60,000 bases of DNA from Schmidtea polychroa (taxonomy: Eukaryota): assembly GCA_044892525.1 (NCBI GenBank), contig CM097885.1:3846001-3906000 (forward strand). Direction: 5' to 3'. The position numbers were made by a program, and so were the translations under genes. The notes beneath the pieces were generated by a model, which saw nothing but the letters and a program-made list of their open reading frames with translations, searched no databases and was not told where the DNA came from. Shown piece by piece: positions 13,265-25,672 of this stretch. Each line of letters opens with the position of its first letter. The stretch's first letter is position 1.

Positions 13265-13560
13265 GTTGACTCATCACATTTTTAGAGCAAAGACAATGAC
13301 TCACACGATGACTCGTCATATTTTAGAACAATGCCTCATCATATTTTTAGAACGATGACTCATCACATGACTCACCTTATTTTTAGAACGATGACTCATA
13401 CGACGACTCATCATATTTTTTAGAACAATGACTCATTCGATGACTCATCATTTTTAGAACGATGACTCACCCGATGCCTCATCATATTTTTAGAACGATG
13501 ACTCACCCGATGCCTCATCATATTTTTAGAACGATGACTCATACGATGACTCATAATTTT
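13265..13560. repeat. ~36-bp tandem repeat rich in TGACTCA
   Basis: Unit about TTTTAGAACGATGACTCAnnCGATGmCTCATCATAT; flanked by a ~120-bp direct repeat (about 13120-13240 and 13565-13685). Confidence 0.9.
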
Positions 13561-13878
13561 TTTTCTCAAAATATTATTTATTGGTCCAGAGGGTTCACAC
13601 TTTTTTTCATCACAAAAATTAATGTTCCCACCAACAGATTTTATTGATCTATAGCTCATCTTAAAGCCCAGTGCAAAACCTTTCTAATGATATATAGAAA
13701 TATTTATAATCATTATTAATTTTAAAAATATTAACGCACGCGTGGAAGATATTATTATTATTATATACTCCGAGTTTATCCGACAACATATTTTATCCTC
13801 CTAAGGGCATTGCTCACAAAGGTACTACTCACATGGGTAATTGTCACAAGGGTACTATTCACACTCAATATGTCGTAA

Positions 13879-13879
<1 letters not shown>

Positions 13880-13974
<95 letters not shown>

Positions 13975-13975
13975 T
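13880..13975. repeat. (TTA)n microsatellite
   Basis: Direct reading. Confidence 0.98.
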
Positions 13976-14386
13976 ATTATTACGCTCGCAGGGAATATTA
14001 TTATCATATATACTCCTAGTCTATCCGACAAGATATTCAGTCCCCCTATGGGTACTGCTCACAATCAACATATCTCAAAGGGTATATTATAATTATTATT
14101 AAAATTATTATTAAATTCCGACCAACTTAAATCAATAAAGGGGTAGGACAAAAATAAATTTCGTTGCGGTATTTCAAAATTTAAATATCTTTTAAAAAGT
14201 TATTTTGACGCTAAAGTTGACTTATTTAACAAAGACATAATAATAGCACATTCTTTGTATAAATATTATTATTTATTTTTGAATTTTCAATATTTTCTTT
14301 CAAAGTATTAACACGCGCGGGAGTTATTATTATTATTATTATTAGTGAAAAATCTAAAATATGGTTTACACACACAACACATTAAC

Positions 14387-14417
<31 letters not shown>

Positions 14418-14779
14418 GCAAATATTAGTCAAAAACATAAAATATTTTTACACACATACACAACCCATTAAACTTTATTATTATTATTATCAATATTATT
14501 ATTATTGCAAATATTAATGAAAAACCTAAAATATTTTTACACACATACAATACCCATTAACTATTATTATTATTATTATAATTATTATTATTATTATAAT
14601 TATTATTATTATTATAATTATTATTGGAAATACTTGTCAAAAACTTAAAATATTTTTTTTTATCTCAATCATAACAATTATCTCTATTATTCATGTATGT
14701 ACTTCTATCATTGAATTCTGAACGACCATTATTTCAATTATTCGATTTATCCCTTGTTATTATTATTATTGTTATCAAA

Positions 14780-15512
14780 ATTAAGACTTGGACTTGGACT
14801 AGACTTTTTTCTATTCTTAACATAATTAAGAATATAACTGTTTCAATTCCTTCAAAGGAATGTTGTCATCATTATCAATTGACTTATTTTTATCTTTCTC
14901 AACCTGAATTTCTACTGCTTCTATCGCAGAATTAAATTTATCTCTTTGTATCGCTTCAATTCTTCGTGACTTTTGTACTAACTCATTGAAATCTCAATAT
15001 TCTACCATTAGCAAAGATTTATATAAATGTTTTTGAATACCATTTCATAATTGATCCTCTATTAATCTTGTCGTGTGTTCTCCAACACCAAAGGATTTTT
15101 GAGCTAATTCAGTTAAATTATAAACATATTCACTAATTGTTTCTCTACTACCTTGATATCTATTTCGAAATTTTTGAACATTTATCTTCAGTAAGTCTCT
15201 CTCGATTACTATTTCACTTCTCAGATTCTCGACTAACTCTTCCCAATTTCTACCCTTACACTCTAAATTATTAAATGCTTGTAATGCATACCCTTTTAAA
15301 TATAATGGTATTCTTTTTAGTTCATCTCTTGTTCATCCACAAGCTTCCGCAAACTGGGCAATTTCATCAAAAAAATCATCAAATTTTTCAGGCTCTCCAT
15401 TATGATGCTCTACTGGTAATGTTTTTATCAAAATATTACGATTATTATTTTCATCATCTCTATTTTGCCAAATATAATGGATGTTATCATTATTCTCATT
15501 ATTATTCGCCAT
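14780..15512 (-). pseudogene. Ty3/gypsy gag relic
   Basis: HNGEPEKFDDFFDE...IPLYLKGYALQAF...WEELVENL...FRNRYQGSRETISEYVYNL (retrotransposon gag motifs) with in-frame stops. Confidence 0.85.
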
Positions 15513-15695
15513 TCTGTATATTGTTCGATTTCTCAAATTATATATAATTTCAAGTAGATTATCAATGTTATCACAAAAATTAATTAAGTACAAGTGTCCA
15601 ATAATTTATATATATATATTCCCAATTAAGATACCCTCTGATCGCAATTCCTATCTCCTGAATTGATTTATTCAATTTTGTTTTAATTTAATCTT

Positions 15696-15708
15696 GTTCA
15701 CGGCACCA
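15696..15708 (-). promoter_or_regulatory. Primer-binding site, tRNA-His-like (TGGTGCCGTGA)
   Basis: Minus strand reads ...TTAACA-TT-TGGTGCCGTGAAC, directly after an LTR end and upstream of gag. Confidence 0.8.
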
Positions 15709-15710
15709 AA

Positions 15711-16220
15711 TGTTAAGGTTATCAAATCTCAACTTGATTGTTCCTATATAAATAAGAACACAAATACTGGTTCAATAAAATGTATTTGATTATAACAATT
15801 TCAAATTATATAATGTAAAATTAACAATCACCACAAATATATTTCAATTTGTATTGTAAATGCGTGTGTATGTGTATGTATGAGCTCGGATGTGTAAAAT
15901 AGGTATGCTCTAAATTATATTGCAATATCAATTCCTGAATTTGCAACTCTTCTTAGAAGCTCTTATTTTTTGGGTGTTTTGACTGATAAATCAGTCGACT
16001 TATATATAAAACACCTGTTGACATTCCATTTCGAATGTCAATACACTCTTCTGAAAAAATAAAATTCCTTTTTTAAGAATAATGTGCACATATTGCAATA
16101 AAAAACACAACAAACAATCCTGCACTCAGTGCAGAAGAAAAACAAATAAGGCACATTGATTTCATTTAATTGTTTTCATTAAATATTTGCATTTCATTTT
16201 TCAAATAAAATCTTTTGCAC
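15711..16220 (-). mobile_element. 5' LTR of the gypsy element (outer boundary uncertain)
   Basis: CA end abuts the PBS; TATATAAG on the minus strand near 16000. Confidence 0.6.
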
Positions 16221-16221
16221 A

Positions 16222-16410
16222 ATATTGCTGATTCAACTCTATTGCACACTTTACCTGCTACACTGGAAAAAAGATCAGCAATATTGTATACTTACCTGGC
16301 GCGAAGAGAAATCTTCGCGTCTCCTGCATAGTACTGACGAGAGCCAAAAGCTTGAAACTAGTATACTATTGGGATTTGCACTGGGTATCACAAAGCTTGT
16401 AATATTTTTC
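16222..16410 (+). repeat. Dispersed repeat, also at 38200-38365 (-), 38530-38580 (+) and 51495-51556 (-)
   Basis: Shared CTATTGGGATTTGCACTGGGTATCACAAAGCTTG core. Confidence 0.75.
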
Positions 16411-17299
16411 TTAGAGAATAACTGTTGAGAATAGTGATCGGAGATGATTGTCAGAGAACACTTGATCGGAACGAGACGAGAAGTTATATATGAAGATATT
16501 TGAAGAAAGTTGTCGGAGAAAATTAAAGGAGAAACTAAAGCTAATTATTGATCATAGAGGGCTTAAAGAGTTTAACTAGTATAATCCAAGTCACTGAAAG
16601 AAAATAACCATCTCAAATTCCCCGTTGTTAGGACCAAACGGTAGCTAGTGATCCGTCAACCCAGTGTTATTATCCAGTGCTATTCGTCACAGGGTGTCGT
16701 AAGAAGCACTAAATAATCGTCGGCCAGATTGTCGAACTAATTGTGTCATCGTGTAGTGAAAATTATTTGTGATTATCAATAAAGGGTCCTGATGTCGATT
16801 GTTATTTGTGAGTCAGTTAAAAGTACGCTTGGAGTCAGAGTAAGAATTTGTAATATATAAATATATAAATTCCCATGCATTCCCCAAGCCTACAATATTT
16901 AGGCCCTAACTTCAATGAAAGTATAATGACTAATTTTGTAACAAAATACTAGACATTCATGTTTTCAATCACAATACTACCGAATATTATTAAGTATTTT
17001 GTTTATTTTTAATATTTATTAATAAGTGAATAATATCTAGTGAATAATATTTAAAATACAAACAATATTTCTTTCATAAAAAAAATTTAAACTACAATTT
17101 TATTTAATTAAATTTGGTACAATTTTTAATATGTGAACAATATGCGATTTATTGTTATATTTACTATTTAAAGTGTTATTAGTGATTTTGTGTTAATTAT
17201 ACTCGCATTTAGTTGCATGAAATTATTTTGTTAAATAATAGATAGGCAAAATTCAAGACCTACGACGAATTAGCCATTTATAACATTGGGTCAATGGGA

Positions 17300-17381
17300 A
17301 ATAAAACCTCTCTTTACGACTGCTCACATTACGACTTTTGTTCAGCAACCAATTATGTCGTAATAGCGGGGGTTTACTGTA
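17300..17381. mobile_element. pogo/Tigger-like TIR end (fragment)
   Basis: Reverse complement reads TA|CAGTAAACCCCCGCTATTACGAC; no partner end found. Confidence 0.4.
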
Positions 17382-18400
17382 TATATATATAAAAGGAAGG
17401 TATAATAAAATATAGTTAAAATCAGTAAGAAGTGCAAAATTAATTAAAATTTACTTAACTTTTAAAATCAATATTGTACGAAGGAAACGGGTATGGTTGA
17501 ACGACAAATTAAAAGAAAAATTCAGAAGATATAATGAAAATTTAATGAGTTCACAGCAAAGGTTATAGCGAAAAAACAAATGAACTAAAGTTAATTAATT
17601 CGTAATGAGAAGCCCGAGCTAAATGGAAGCCCGAGCTAATGGGAAACCCAAGCGCTGAAGGGAATCCAAATTCCATTGAGACTGAATGATTAGATAAGGA
17701 AGCAAACTCATATGAGCGCCAATCCGGGCAAACAAGTTACAATGATTTAACAACAACAAAAATATTTACCCAAGATTCCTGAAAGCTAATTATTTCCAAT
17801 AATCTTAAATTCTGTAGATTAATGCCCTATCAGTAAAAGTATAAAATGAGAGCTCTAAAACAGACAAACCATTAGTTGGTCTAAGAGACTAGAGAGAAAT
17901 TAACTGAAGAAGGCAGTCAGCGACCAGATGACGAAATCTAGTAATAGAAAGCAAAGTTTAACTCTCGTACAAGAAAAGGCTGTCTACCTTAGTGTGCAAT
18001 ATTTTTTAGAGAAAAAGGAAGAAATCCAATGACGAATTGTAATTTTGATTGAAGTTTACAAAAGTAATTCTGTGTTGGGTTTCGATTTATTTGTTTAAGT
18101 AACAACACGAGGAGTCAGAGAAAACCGACTTGCAAAATAATAACACTTTTACATTTAGAAATTACGTGTATATTGAGCATTACCTTACTTGGCCGAAAAT
18201 ATTATGATAACTGCTTAAATTGCTTGTAATTCTTATATTCAAAAAGCAAAATATTTTGCGTTGGATGCACCGATGCATCTCATCAAGCAGTTCAGTAAAA
18301 CACAACATCACAGATGACATATGCAAACACACAGCAATTTGCACAAATACACACAGATAACCGTACACACTCGAAGAAAAAAATTGCTGTTAATTAGGTA

Positions 18401-19374
18401 AACCTAACTACGAAAGTTAACATTGTCTATAATATACGTTGGTGTGCACACCACCTGAGGTGAGTCACCAATTATATGACAATGTTAACTTAATTTCATT
18501 TTTTCAATTTTTCAAAAATCGTTTAAAGGTAGGTTTTTGAATTGAAGTAATTTTTAGGACTTGAATTTTGATTTTATATAATTATGAGATCATTATTCAA
18601 GTTCTTAAATATTACTGTTAGTCAGCATTTATAATATTGATAATATATAACATTGAGAATTAAATTTCAGGTGTTTTTTAGGAATTTTATGGTATTTTAT
18701 TTGGATTTATTTGGATTTATTTTGTAAAAATGTAAGTTAGATATTTTTATAATTATAAATAAGTAAAGTAATCACCAAACATTTATTTTTTAAAGACATT
18801 TAGTAAAGAATGGATAAAATATTTCTTAAGTTTTTGTAATCTTCTTTCGAATTTTGTCTATTTCTGTAATTCTATAAAAATATTAATTTGTTAAAATAAT
18901 TTATTAAAATTTACGATTTGCGATATTTTTCCTGCAAATTCAAAGATGTCGAAGGATCTTCTTCAATATCTGTAAATCTAAAGAAATTTTATATTCTAAA
19001 TTATTTTATAATTAAATCTTACGATGTATTTACTTCTTTTTCCCTAAAGCTCAAGGTAGAGCAGTCAGAATCTGATTCAAAAGTTTTTTTGTACATAACT
19101 TTTTAAATAATTTGAAAATATTGATATGTTAATTATATGTTAATCAATGTTAATTTCGCATGAAAAACACTTTGCTTAATTTTGTATGTATTTTTCATTA
19201 TGTATGCTGTGTTTGTATGCTTTATTATTTTCTCTCACTTTTTAGATTCCTATAATAAATGTTAAATTTCGCATCATTAAATTTCTACACACAGGTAAGT
19301 TTGTGTGTTCCTATAATATATATTTATTGATTTTTTTTTAGATTATAGATAATGTTATATTTCTCGGTTAGGTG
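18401..19374 (-). mobile_element. ~1 kb TA-flanked TIR element (family A)
   Basis: Near-identical to 5751-6727; TA on both sides. Confidence 0.9.
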
Positions 19375-19376
19375 TA

Positions 19377-21424
19377 TTACATCATAGCAACCTAAGATAT
19401 ATTTAGTCCACACGCACACCGACACGATGATGTCCTGCTATTCTCAAGTAGGGAGAATTTTGTTGCGATTAGCCAACAAAGCAGGAGCATAGTGAATATA
19501 CAACCTTCGTTCAAACAAACAGATGTATGTTTACACGCTGTTACACGTCGTTATGACGACAATTTCGGTGAAAATTTGAAATAGAAAAATTTAGATTTTA
19601 ATAAAAAATAAAAAATTAATAATTTGCTTTGAATTAATAAGTTAATAAAATTAATAACCAAACTAACCTGATTTAGAGCAGCGCCAGGGTACATTAGCCG
19701 CATTGAATTACCCTGCTAACTTAAAACCCACATAATTTCGACAAAGTATAAAACATAATATAAAAATATAATTGGATAAAATAATAAATAAAATTAACGA
19801 TGATGAAAATAATAATGAAATCCAATAGTAATATAGTTGATAGTAATTGTCAAACCCCGAAAATAGACACAAGGTTGTTTTAGGTGAATAGAGTAATCTG
19901 AGAAGTCCCAGTTTCTTTTCATTGAACTACAACTGTTTGAACGAATTAACTTGAATGTTTGAGGCTTGAATGGGTTTAAGTTTTGTCAAAGGTATGCATG
20001 TGTGAGACATTCCTGATTCTATGCATGGGTGGTATGATAAAACTCGTGGTGTTAAAGCATTAATAGTGATAATCTTTTAAAATTATAAATAAAGGACTTC
20101 TTATTCTGCAGATGACTACTCCCACCAATCCTGGAAAAAATCTTCGCCCATGTTTCTCCTGCGCCGATAAAAATGCGGATATCGCGCAGCTCCATCTGTA
20201 CATCGAGGAATTGAAAAAGAGAATTGACCTCTTCGAAGGAACGTGGTTCTCCCCGCCACAAATGAAGGAAGAAAAGAGCAAGATTTTACGTCTGGAGCAC
20301 TGCCGTGACAGTCTCCTAGAAGAGAGTAGGTGTTAGAGGCTAACCATAAAGGCCAAATCCGAGGCACTTCATAAAGTATATTCTGAATCCGAAATAGCGA
20401 AGCGAGTTCGCGAATACCCAATACAAGATGGGACCAACGTGTTCCCAGTGCACCACCAATCTTCAGAGCCATCAACAACTGGTTTTAAGGGGCATGGCCT
20501 GCATTTGCCACCAATTCCCGCCCAGTTCTCTCAGGCTATAGGCCTATGGCAGGAGGCCCATCGGATCCCATCTTGGACCCGATCCTCGTGTCACATATCG
20601 CACAATGTCCAACAGAAGCCACATTGCCATATCGGAAGCGCAAGAGGCCGACGCGCAAGAGGCCGACGCGCTCGGAGAAAAATCAGAAGCGTAGGAACGC
20701 TATGGCCGCGCTCGAAGCTTCATTGTCCGTGGCACAGTCAACTATCAAGGAGATCGCATTCACCCATTCAATCCCCGCTAAAGAAATCTTCCGGGTAGTT
20801 CCAGCCGACAGCATCAAATTCCTCGAAGATCGCCGGATACCCGTCGACATTGACGAAATGATCGCTTAGGGAGAAGTCTTTCGGTGATTCGACTCGCCAT
20901 CAGTCTCGATTCTTTTCAGTTGTGAACAAACATCGCGATGATCTATGATATCTTCTAAGGAACGGTACTGCATGATTAGCTTTCTAAGTGTCTTTTCTGT
21001 GTATTAACCGTTGTACAGTATATTTTACTTACCTTAATATAATTTTCGTTGCGTCAAGTGCGTTCTTGGTATGAGTTGTTATGTGGTTGGCATAAATGAA
21101 TGGTGAATTTGAATGTATGTCAATAGATAAAGGTCGTCCCCTTGGACCAGGGTCGAACCGAGTAATGTGTGAGAGTTTGGGTAAGACCTTCTAGGGCACC
21201 TTAGAACGCGAACCGTGAATGGGTTAATAGTAGTCCTAAGGCAGGGGCTCACCTGTTAACCAACTCAAACCCATGTGTGCACCACCAACGTGTAATATCT
21301 CCACGGGCTCACATGAGGGATATTAGTAAAATCATCACGGATATGCTGGGTGAAGGACCTGAGCGGAATAAAACGATTTTATGCCTTGTAATAAAAATTT
21401 CTTTCCTCCCCACATACGCCAACA
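19377..21424 (+). mobile_element. Large TGTTGG...CCAACA element (family B), 5'-truncated copy
   Basis: Contains the family ORF, the 3' structured module, AATAAA near 21367 and the terminal CCAACA at 21424. Left boundary is set by the adjacent insertion. Confidence 0.7.
20112..20887 (+). pseudogene. Family B ORF: CxxC, coiled coil, Arg-rich motif (disrupted)
   Basis: PCFSCADKN...LKKRIDLFEGTWFSPPQMKEE...RKRKRPTRKRPTRSEKNQKRR...IPVDIDEMIA. TAG at 20334 and a frameshift; acceptor TTCTGCAG sits immediately before the ATG. Homologs at 33515-34301, 42763-43280 (-) and 47940-48645. Confidence 0.75.
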
Positions 21425-22554
21425 GTTTGTTCAAATTGCTTGTGGTGAGTGCAAATTGTACGTTTTTAATTAAATATTAAAATAATTAAATATTTACCAT
21501 AAAAATACAACAAATAACTAATTCTTATAACGTTTATTAAATTTCACAAATAAATAAAACCTTTAAGTTGAGATCATAAAATATTCCAAATGTTCAAAAA
21601 TTTATAATAATTTTAATCCTGCGATCTTCGAACACACCTTTAGAAATTGAGTTCACATGCTTAATGATTTTCAACGGCTGTGTACATTCCTAGCATAATG
21701 GTTGGCATGGGTATATTGATGGTAAAATGTAAAATATTCATAGAGGCGTTTAAATAAGAGTTAATGACAAATCTATCAGCAACTCTAGGACGTTAGAATA
21801 ACTCACTCGCCAGATTCTGTGTTATTGGCCAAACGCACCTCTATTAATATCCTAACTAGTGACTTGGCCAAGAATTTATAGGGGGGGGGTTTGAGTTGAG
21901 AAATATTTATTAATATTATGGTCAATCATTTCAAGCGTGGACGAATGAGGGTGTCAAAGATGCGAAGCACTCATGATAAAGATGTCTGTAATAATGACGT
22001 CATTCGTTGACTCAATAATATATCAGCGACTCTAGAACAATACAACACACTGGCCAGATTCTGAGTTATTTGCCAATCGAAACTCTAAATATCTCAACTA
22101 CTGCAAGTTTGATTTTAAGAACCTTTTACTTCAGATGTACCTAACGAATTTTAGGTTCCTAAATATTTTCTTGTACACTTTCGAGTTAAGATCCTTCTGG
22201 TCGCCTTATTATCTTTAATTTTTAAATATTTTGGATTTCAAGATAAATTTTGTTATTTGTTAATAAGTTTTTTATTTTTATTTTTTTATTATTTTTATTT
22301 TATTTTTTTATTTTATTTTATTTTATTTTTTTTTTCATTTTAGCGAATGAAAAAGTGAATAAATTTATGAAATGTTACATTATTTAATATTAAATCATTT
22401 CATTAGCTGTTATAAAGTATCTCATTACAAATGCAAATGGCGGGCGAAGCAATGCAGAGTAACAATATGATGATTATTATTATATTAATAATCAAAAAAA
22501 CGTGGCAATGATTTAATAATAGAGAAACGCCAACTCAATAAATTCAACATAAAC

Positions 22555-22594
22555 GCGATATATTTCAATTGTACAACAATCTTCGTCAGGCCGC
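22555..22594 (-). ncRNA. Candidate minimal type I hammerhead ribozyme of the Penelope-like element
   Basis: Minus strand GC-CUGACGA-A-GAUUG-uugua-CAAUU-GAAA-UAUA-UC-GC: catalytic core, stem II and palindromic stem III; stem I only 2 bp. Lies ~300 nt 3' of the ORF. Confidence 0.6.
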
Positions 22595-22886
22595 AATCTG
22601 GATAATCAATAATAAGACATAAAATATGCAATATCTAAACAAATTAACTAATAATAATCATCTCCAAACTGTATCAAAAATTTTAAAAAAAATATTTCAA
22701 AAAAAAACATTTTAAAAAACCAAACCATATTTTACATAACCCACATACATATTATTTTAAAATTAAATTTTAATTTAATAACATTTAACATTCAACATAA
22801 AATTAACAAATTTAAAAAAATTACATAGTTTACAAAACACAAACATAATTATACCACAAACAAGACTCCCAACCTTCATCCTTCAA

Positions 22887-24719
22887 TTACTTAAACACAT
22901 TCAAAATCTCCGTGGAACGGGCAACTTGATCATTTATTTTTGGATTTAAATATCTAATCAACAATGCCTCACAAGTTACTCGTTCCCAATAATTACTTAA
23001 ACCTTTTGAAATAATTTTAAAATCAGAGATACCTATTTTTTTACTGACACATTTCCTAACATGATTACTAATATTAGTCAATCCTTTTGGCCGACAGTGT
23101 TCAAGAACTCGGGTGCAGAGATGACGGGCAGTCTCTCCAATGTATATGGCATTACACCCATTACATGAAAATTGATACACAAGCTCAGAACACAAACCAA
23201 TTGGCGTTGGACATTTACTAGTAAACATACTGCTAACTTTGCAAGAAGTGGAAACAATCCTGAATTGATCCTTGTCTACATATTTGAGAATTTTATGTTT
23301 AAATTCTCTGAAACCCTCCGAATAAGGCAATACTAACACATATTTCGGCTCCATGCGATTGGATCGATTCTTGTCACTTTCCGAATTTAACATAGTACTT
23401 TCCTCAGGATCAATAGGTACCTCAGATTCAGACGTACGCATACCAACGTTATCAGATTTAAACATTAACTTATCCACGGTCACTTTTGTCATCTTCTCAA
23501 GAAAAGATTTAGAGTAGCCATTTTTAAGTAACAACTCAACCAATACATCAATACTTTTTACTGAATTAGCAAACGTGGAGGATAGTGACCAAGCACGAAA
23601 CACTAATCCTCTCACCATATTCCTTTTATATTTAAACTCACAAAAACTATCAGGCGTTGTATATAAACCAGTATCCGTCGACTTTCTATATATTTTTGTC
23701 TCATAATGTTTCGATTTGCGTTGAATGAGTAAATCTAAAAACGCAATCGATGACCTTTTTTCTTCCTCACATGTGAATTTAATATTCTTATGCAAATCAT
23801 TCATAAAATTTAAAAACGGCATTACATGTTCACGACTCTCAAACACCAAAAAAATATCATCCACATACCGTTTGTACACACTAGGTTTAACAAGATGGCA
23901 TGAAGACATTTTCTTTTCCAAACTAGACATAAAAATAGAAGCCATAGTTGGGGCTAATGGACAACCCATAGCAACACCATCCACTTGTTTATACCATTCA
24001 TTATTAAACAAAAAGTTAACATTCGACGTTGAAAATTCAAGCAATTTGCGAAAAGCAATTTTATCCACATTCTTATGTTCAGACTCATTATTATTCCACA
24101 TTTCACAACATAAATCAATCGTTTCCGCCAAAGGAACATTAGTAAAAAGACTACACACATCAAACGAAACCATCACTTCATCATCAGAACTTTTCTTCAG
24201 TGCAGCAATGAATGAAGCAAATTCAAAGCTATCCTTACATTCGAACTCAGACGCCATTAATGGTTTTAATAACCCATCCAAAAATTTGGCAATTTTATAT
24301 TGAGCGGTTCCTACCATCGATAACACTGGTCTCATAGGCATACCTGCTTTATGTACTTTTGGAAGACCATAAAGCTTTGCGGGTTGAGATCCTTTCGGTT
24401 TTAGGAATTTCACCAAATCTATATCAATATTTTTATCATCCGACAATTTGTTTAACATTTTTATCAAAGTTAGTTCATCTTTCAGAGGAGGCAACTTCCC
24501 ATTTTTTCGACAACTACCATCTTTAACAAACTGTGGAGATGACAAAACATCGTTCAATTTGTTCACATACACATCATGGTCTAAGATAACCAAACCATTA
24601 CCTTTATCATATTTACAAACGTTAATATCTTTTTTAGCCAAATTCTTCAAGATCAAAAAATCTTTTATATCTTGTTTTTTATTTTTATTAATATAATCAA
24701 TCGTACTCACATTCAACAA
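22887..24719 (-). CDS. Penelope-like retroelement RT plus GIY-YIG endonuclease (5'-truncated, open frame)
   Basis: DKGNG, LYGLPKVHK, SFDVCSLFTNVP, GVAMGCPLAP, RYVDD, and LVYQFSCNGCNAIYIGETARHLCTRVLEH. Confidence 0.95.
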   Translation of the reverse strand: MLNVSTIDYINKNKKQDIKDFLILKNLAKKDINVCKYDKGNGLVILDHDVYVNKLNDVLSSPQFVKDGSCRKNGKLPPLKDELTLIKMLNKLSDDKNIDIDLVKFLKPKGSQPAKLYGLPKVHKAGMPMRPVLSMVGTAQYKIAKFLDGLLKPLMASEFECKDSFEFASFIAALKKSSDDEVMVSFDVCSLFTNVPLAETIDLCCEMWNNNESEHKNVDKIAFRKLLEFSTSNVNFLFNNEWYKQVDGVAMGCPLAPTMASIFMSSLEKKMSSCHLVKPSVYKRYVDDIFLVFESREHVMPFLNFMNDLHKNIKFTCEEEKRSSIAFLDLLIQRKSKHYETKIYRKSTDTGLYTTPDSFCEFKYKRNMVRGLVFRAWSLSSTFANSVKSIDVLVELLLKNGYSKSFLEKMTKVTVDKLMFKSDNVGMRTSESEVPIDPEESTMLNSESDKNRSNRMEPKYVLVLPYSEGFREFKHKILKYVDKDQFRIVSTSCKVSSMFTSKCPTPIGLCSELVYQFSCNGCNAIYIGETARHLCTRVLEHCRPKGLTNISNHVRKCVSKKIGISDFKIISKGLSNYWERVTCEALLIRYLNPKINDQVARSTEILNVFK

Positions 24720-25672
24720 ATTCTTTACATAATTATTATCTATATTCTTATCTATATATTCTTATCTTAAAATTCATTCATAAAATTTATCAAATTTGTG
24801 AATTTAAATATAAATTTACATGAAATAGTTTTTGTTTAATAATATAATATTTGAACATTTAGCTAATGAAAAAGTGAATAAATTTATGAAATGTTACATT
24901 ATTTAATATTAAATCATTTCATTAGCTATTAAAAAGGATCTCATTACAAGTGCAAATATTATTATTATCATTATATTAGCAATAATATGATTAGCAAATC
25001 GGACCCGAGACCTTTAAGAGATCCAAATTTCATGAAAGATACAAAGCAAAAATTAATTAAAGCAAATCATTTAATGATTAAAAGAATGCGTAACAGAATT
25101 TGATAGAGTTTAGAAAGCACCGATTGTCCTCATCGCATCGACAGCTCTCATTTTGGTAAACTTACCCAAACTGATGTGAAAGCAATTTGGAACATTTTAT
25201 CAATATTGTTGTTGCGGATTGCGTTGAAATGCCTCACAAATAGCTGGCGGAGGTGAAATGTTAAGGCATTAATCAATTTGATATAAGGCAATTTTAGTAT
25301 TGCATTTAGGTGCATTTTACTGCCATTCAATACAGCAATAATTTCTCCACAACTCATATAACATCAGCAGCAGCAGCGATGGCGGTTTTCTCGTCGGTTC
25401 CATTCGTCATAGGAGCGCTTGATTTGTTGAGGCGATTTGTCAGCGCTTATATTCGGGTGGATTTTGATTGGATTATTTCTTTCACATTAATTATTAATTT
25501 AATTATAATAAATATAATGATAATATCGGATGGAAGGCGCGGGGGGGAGAATGACAATGATTATCACAATAATTATCTCATATAATAAATCAATAATAAT
25601 AATAAGGCAAATAATAAAACAGATCAAAAGCCAAAATAAATCAATTTTTTATTGAAATGTTTTTTAAATTTG

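Noticed and set aside
13265..13560. CRISPR-like appearance of the 36-bp repeat (also the 60-bp repeat at 7066)
   Set aside because: Units are contiguous with no unique spacers, there are no cas genes, and the context is eukaryotic.
21226..21262. GTCCTAAG resembles the twister ribozyme L4 loop
   Set aside because: No flanking P4 stem or other twister elements, and the motif is not kept in the 34570 copy.
23725..24696. Plus-strand ORFs over the Penelope ORF, and antisense ORFs over the TRAF exons
   Set aside because: Shadow frames of real coding sequence.
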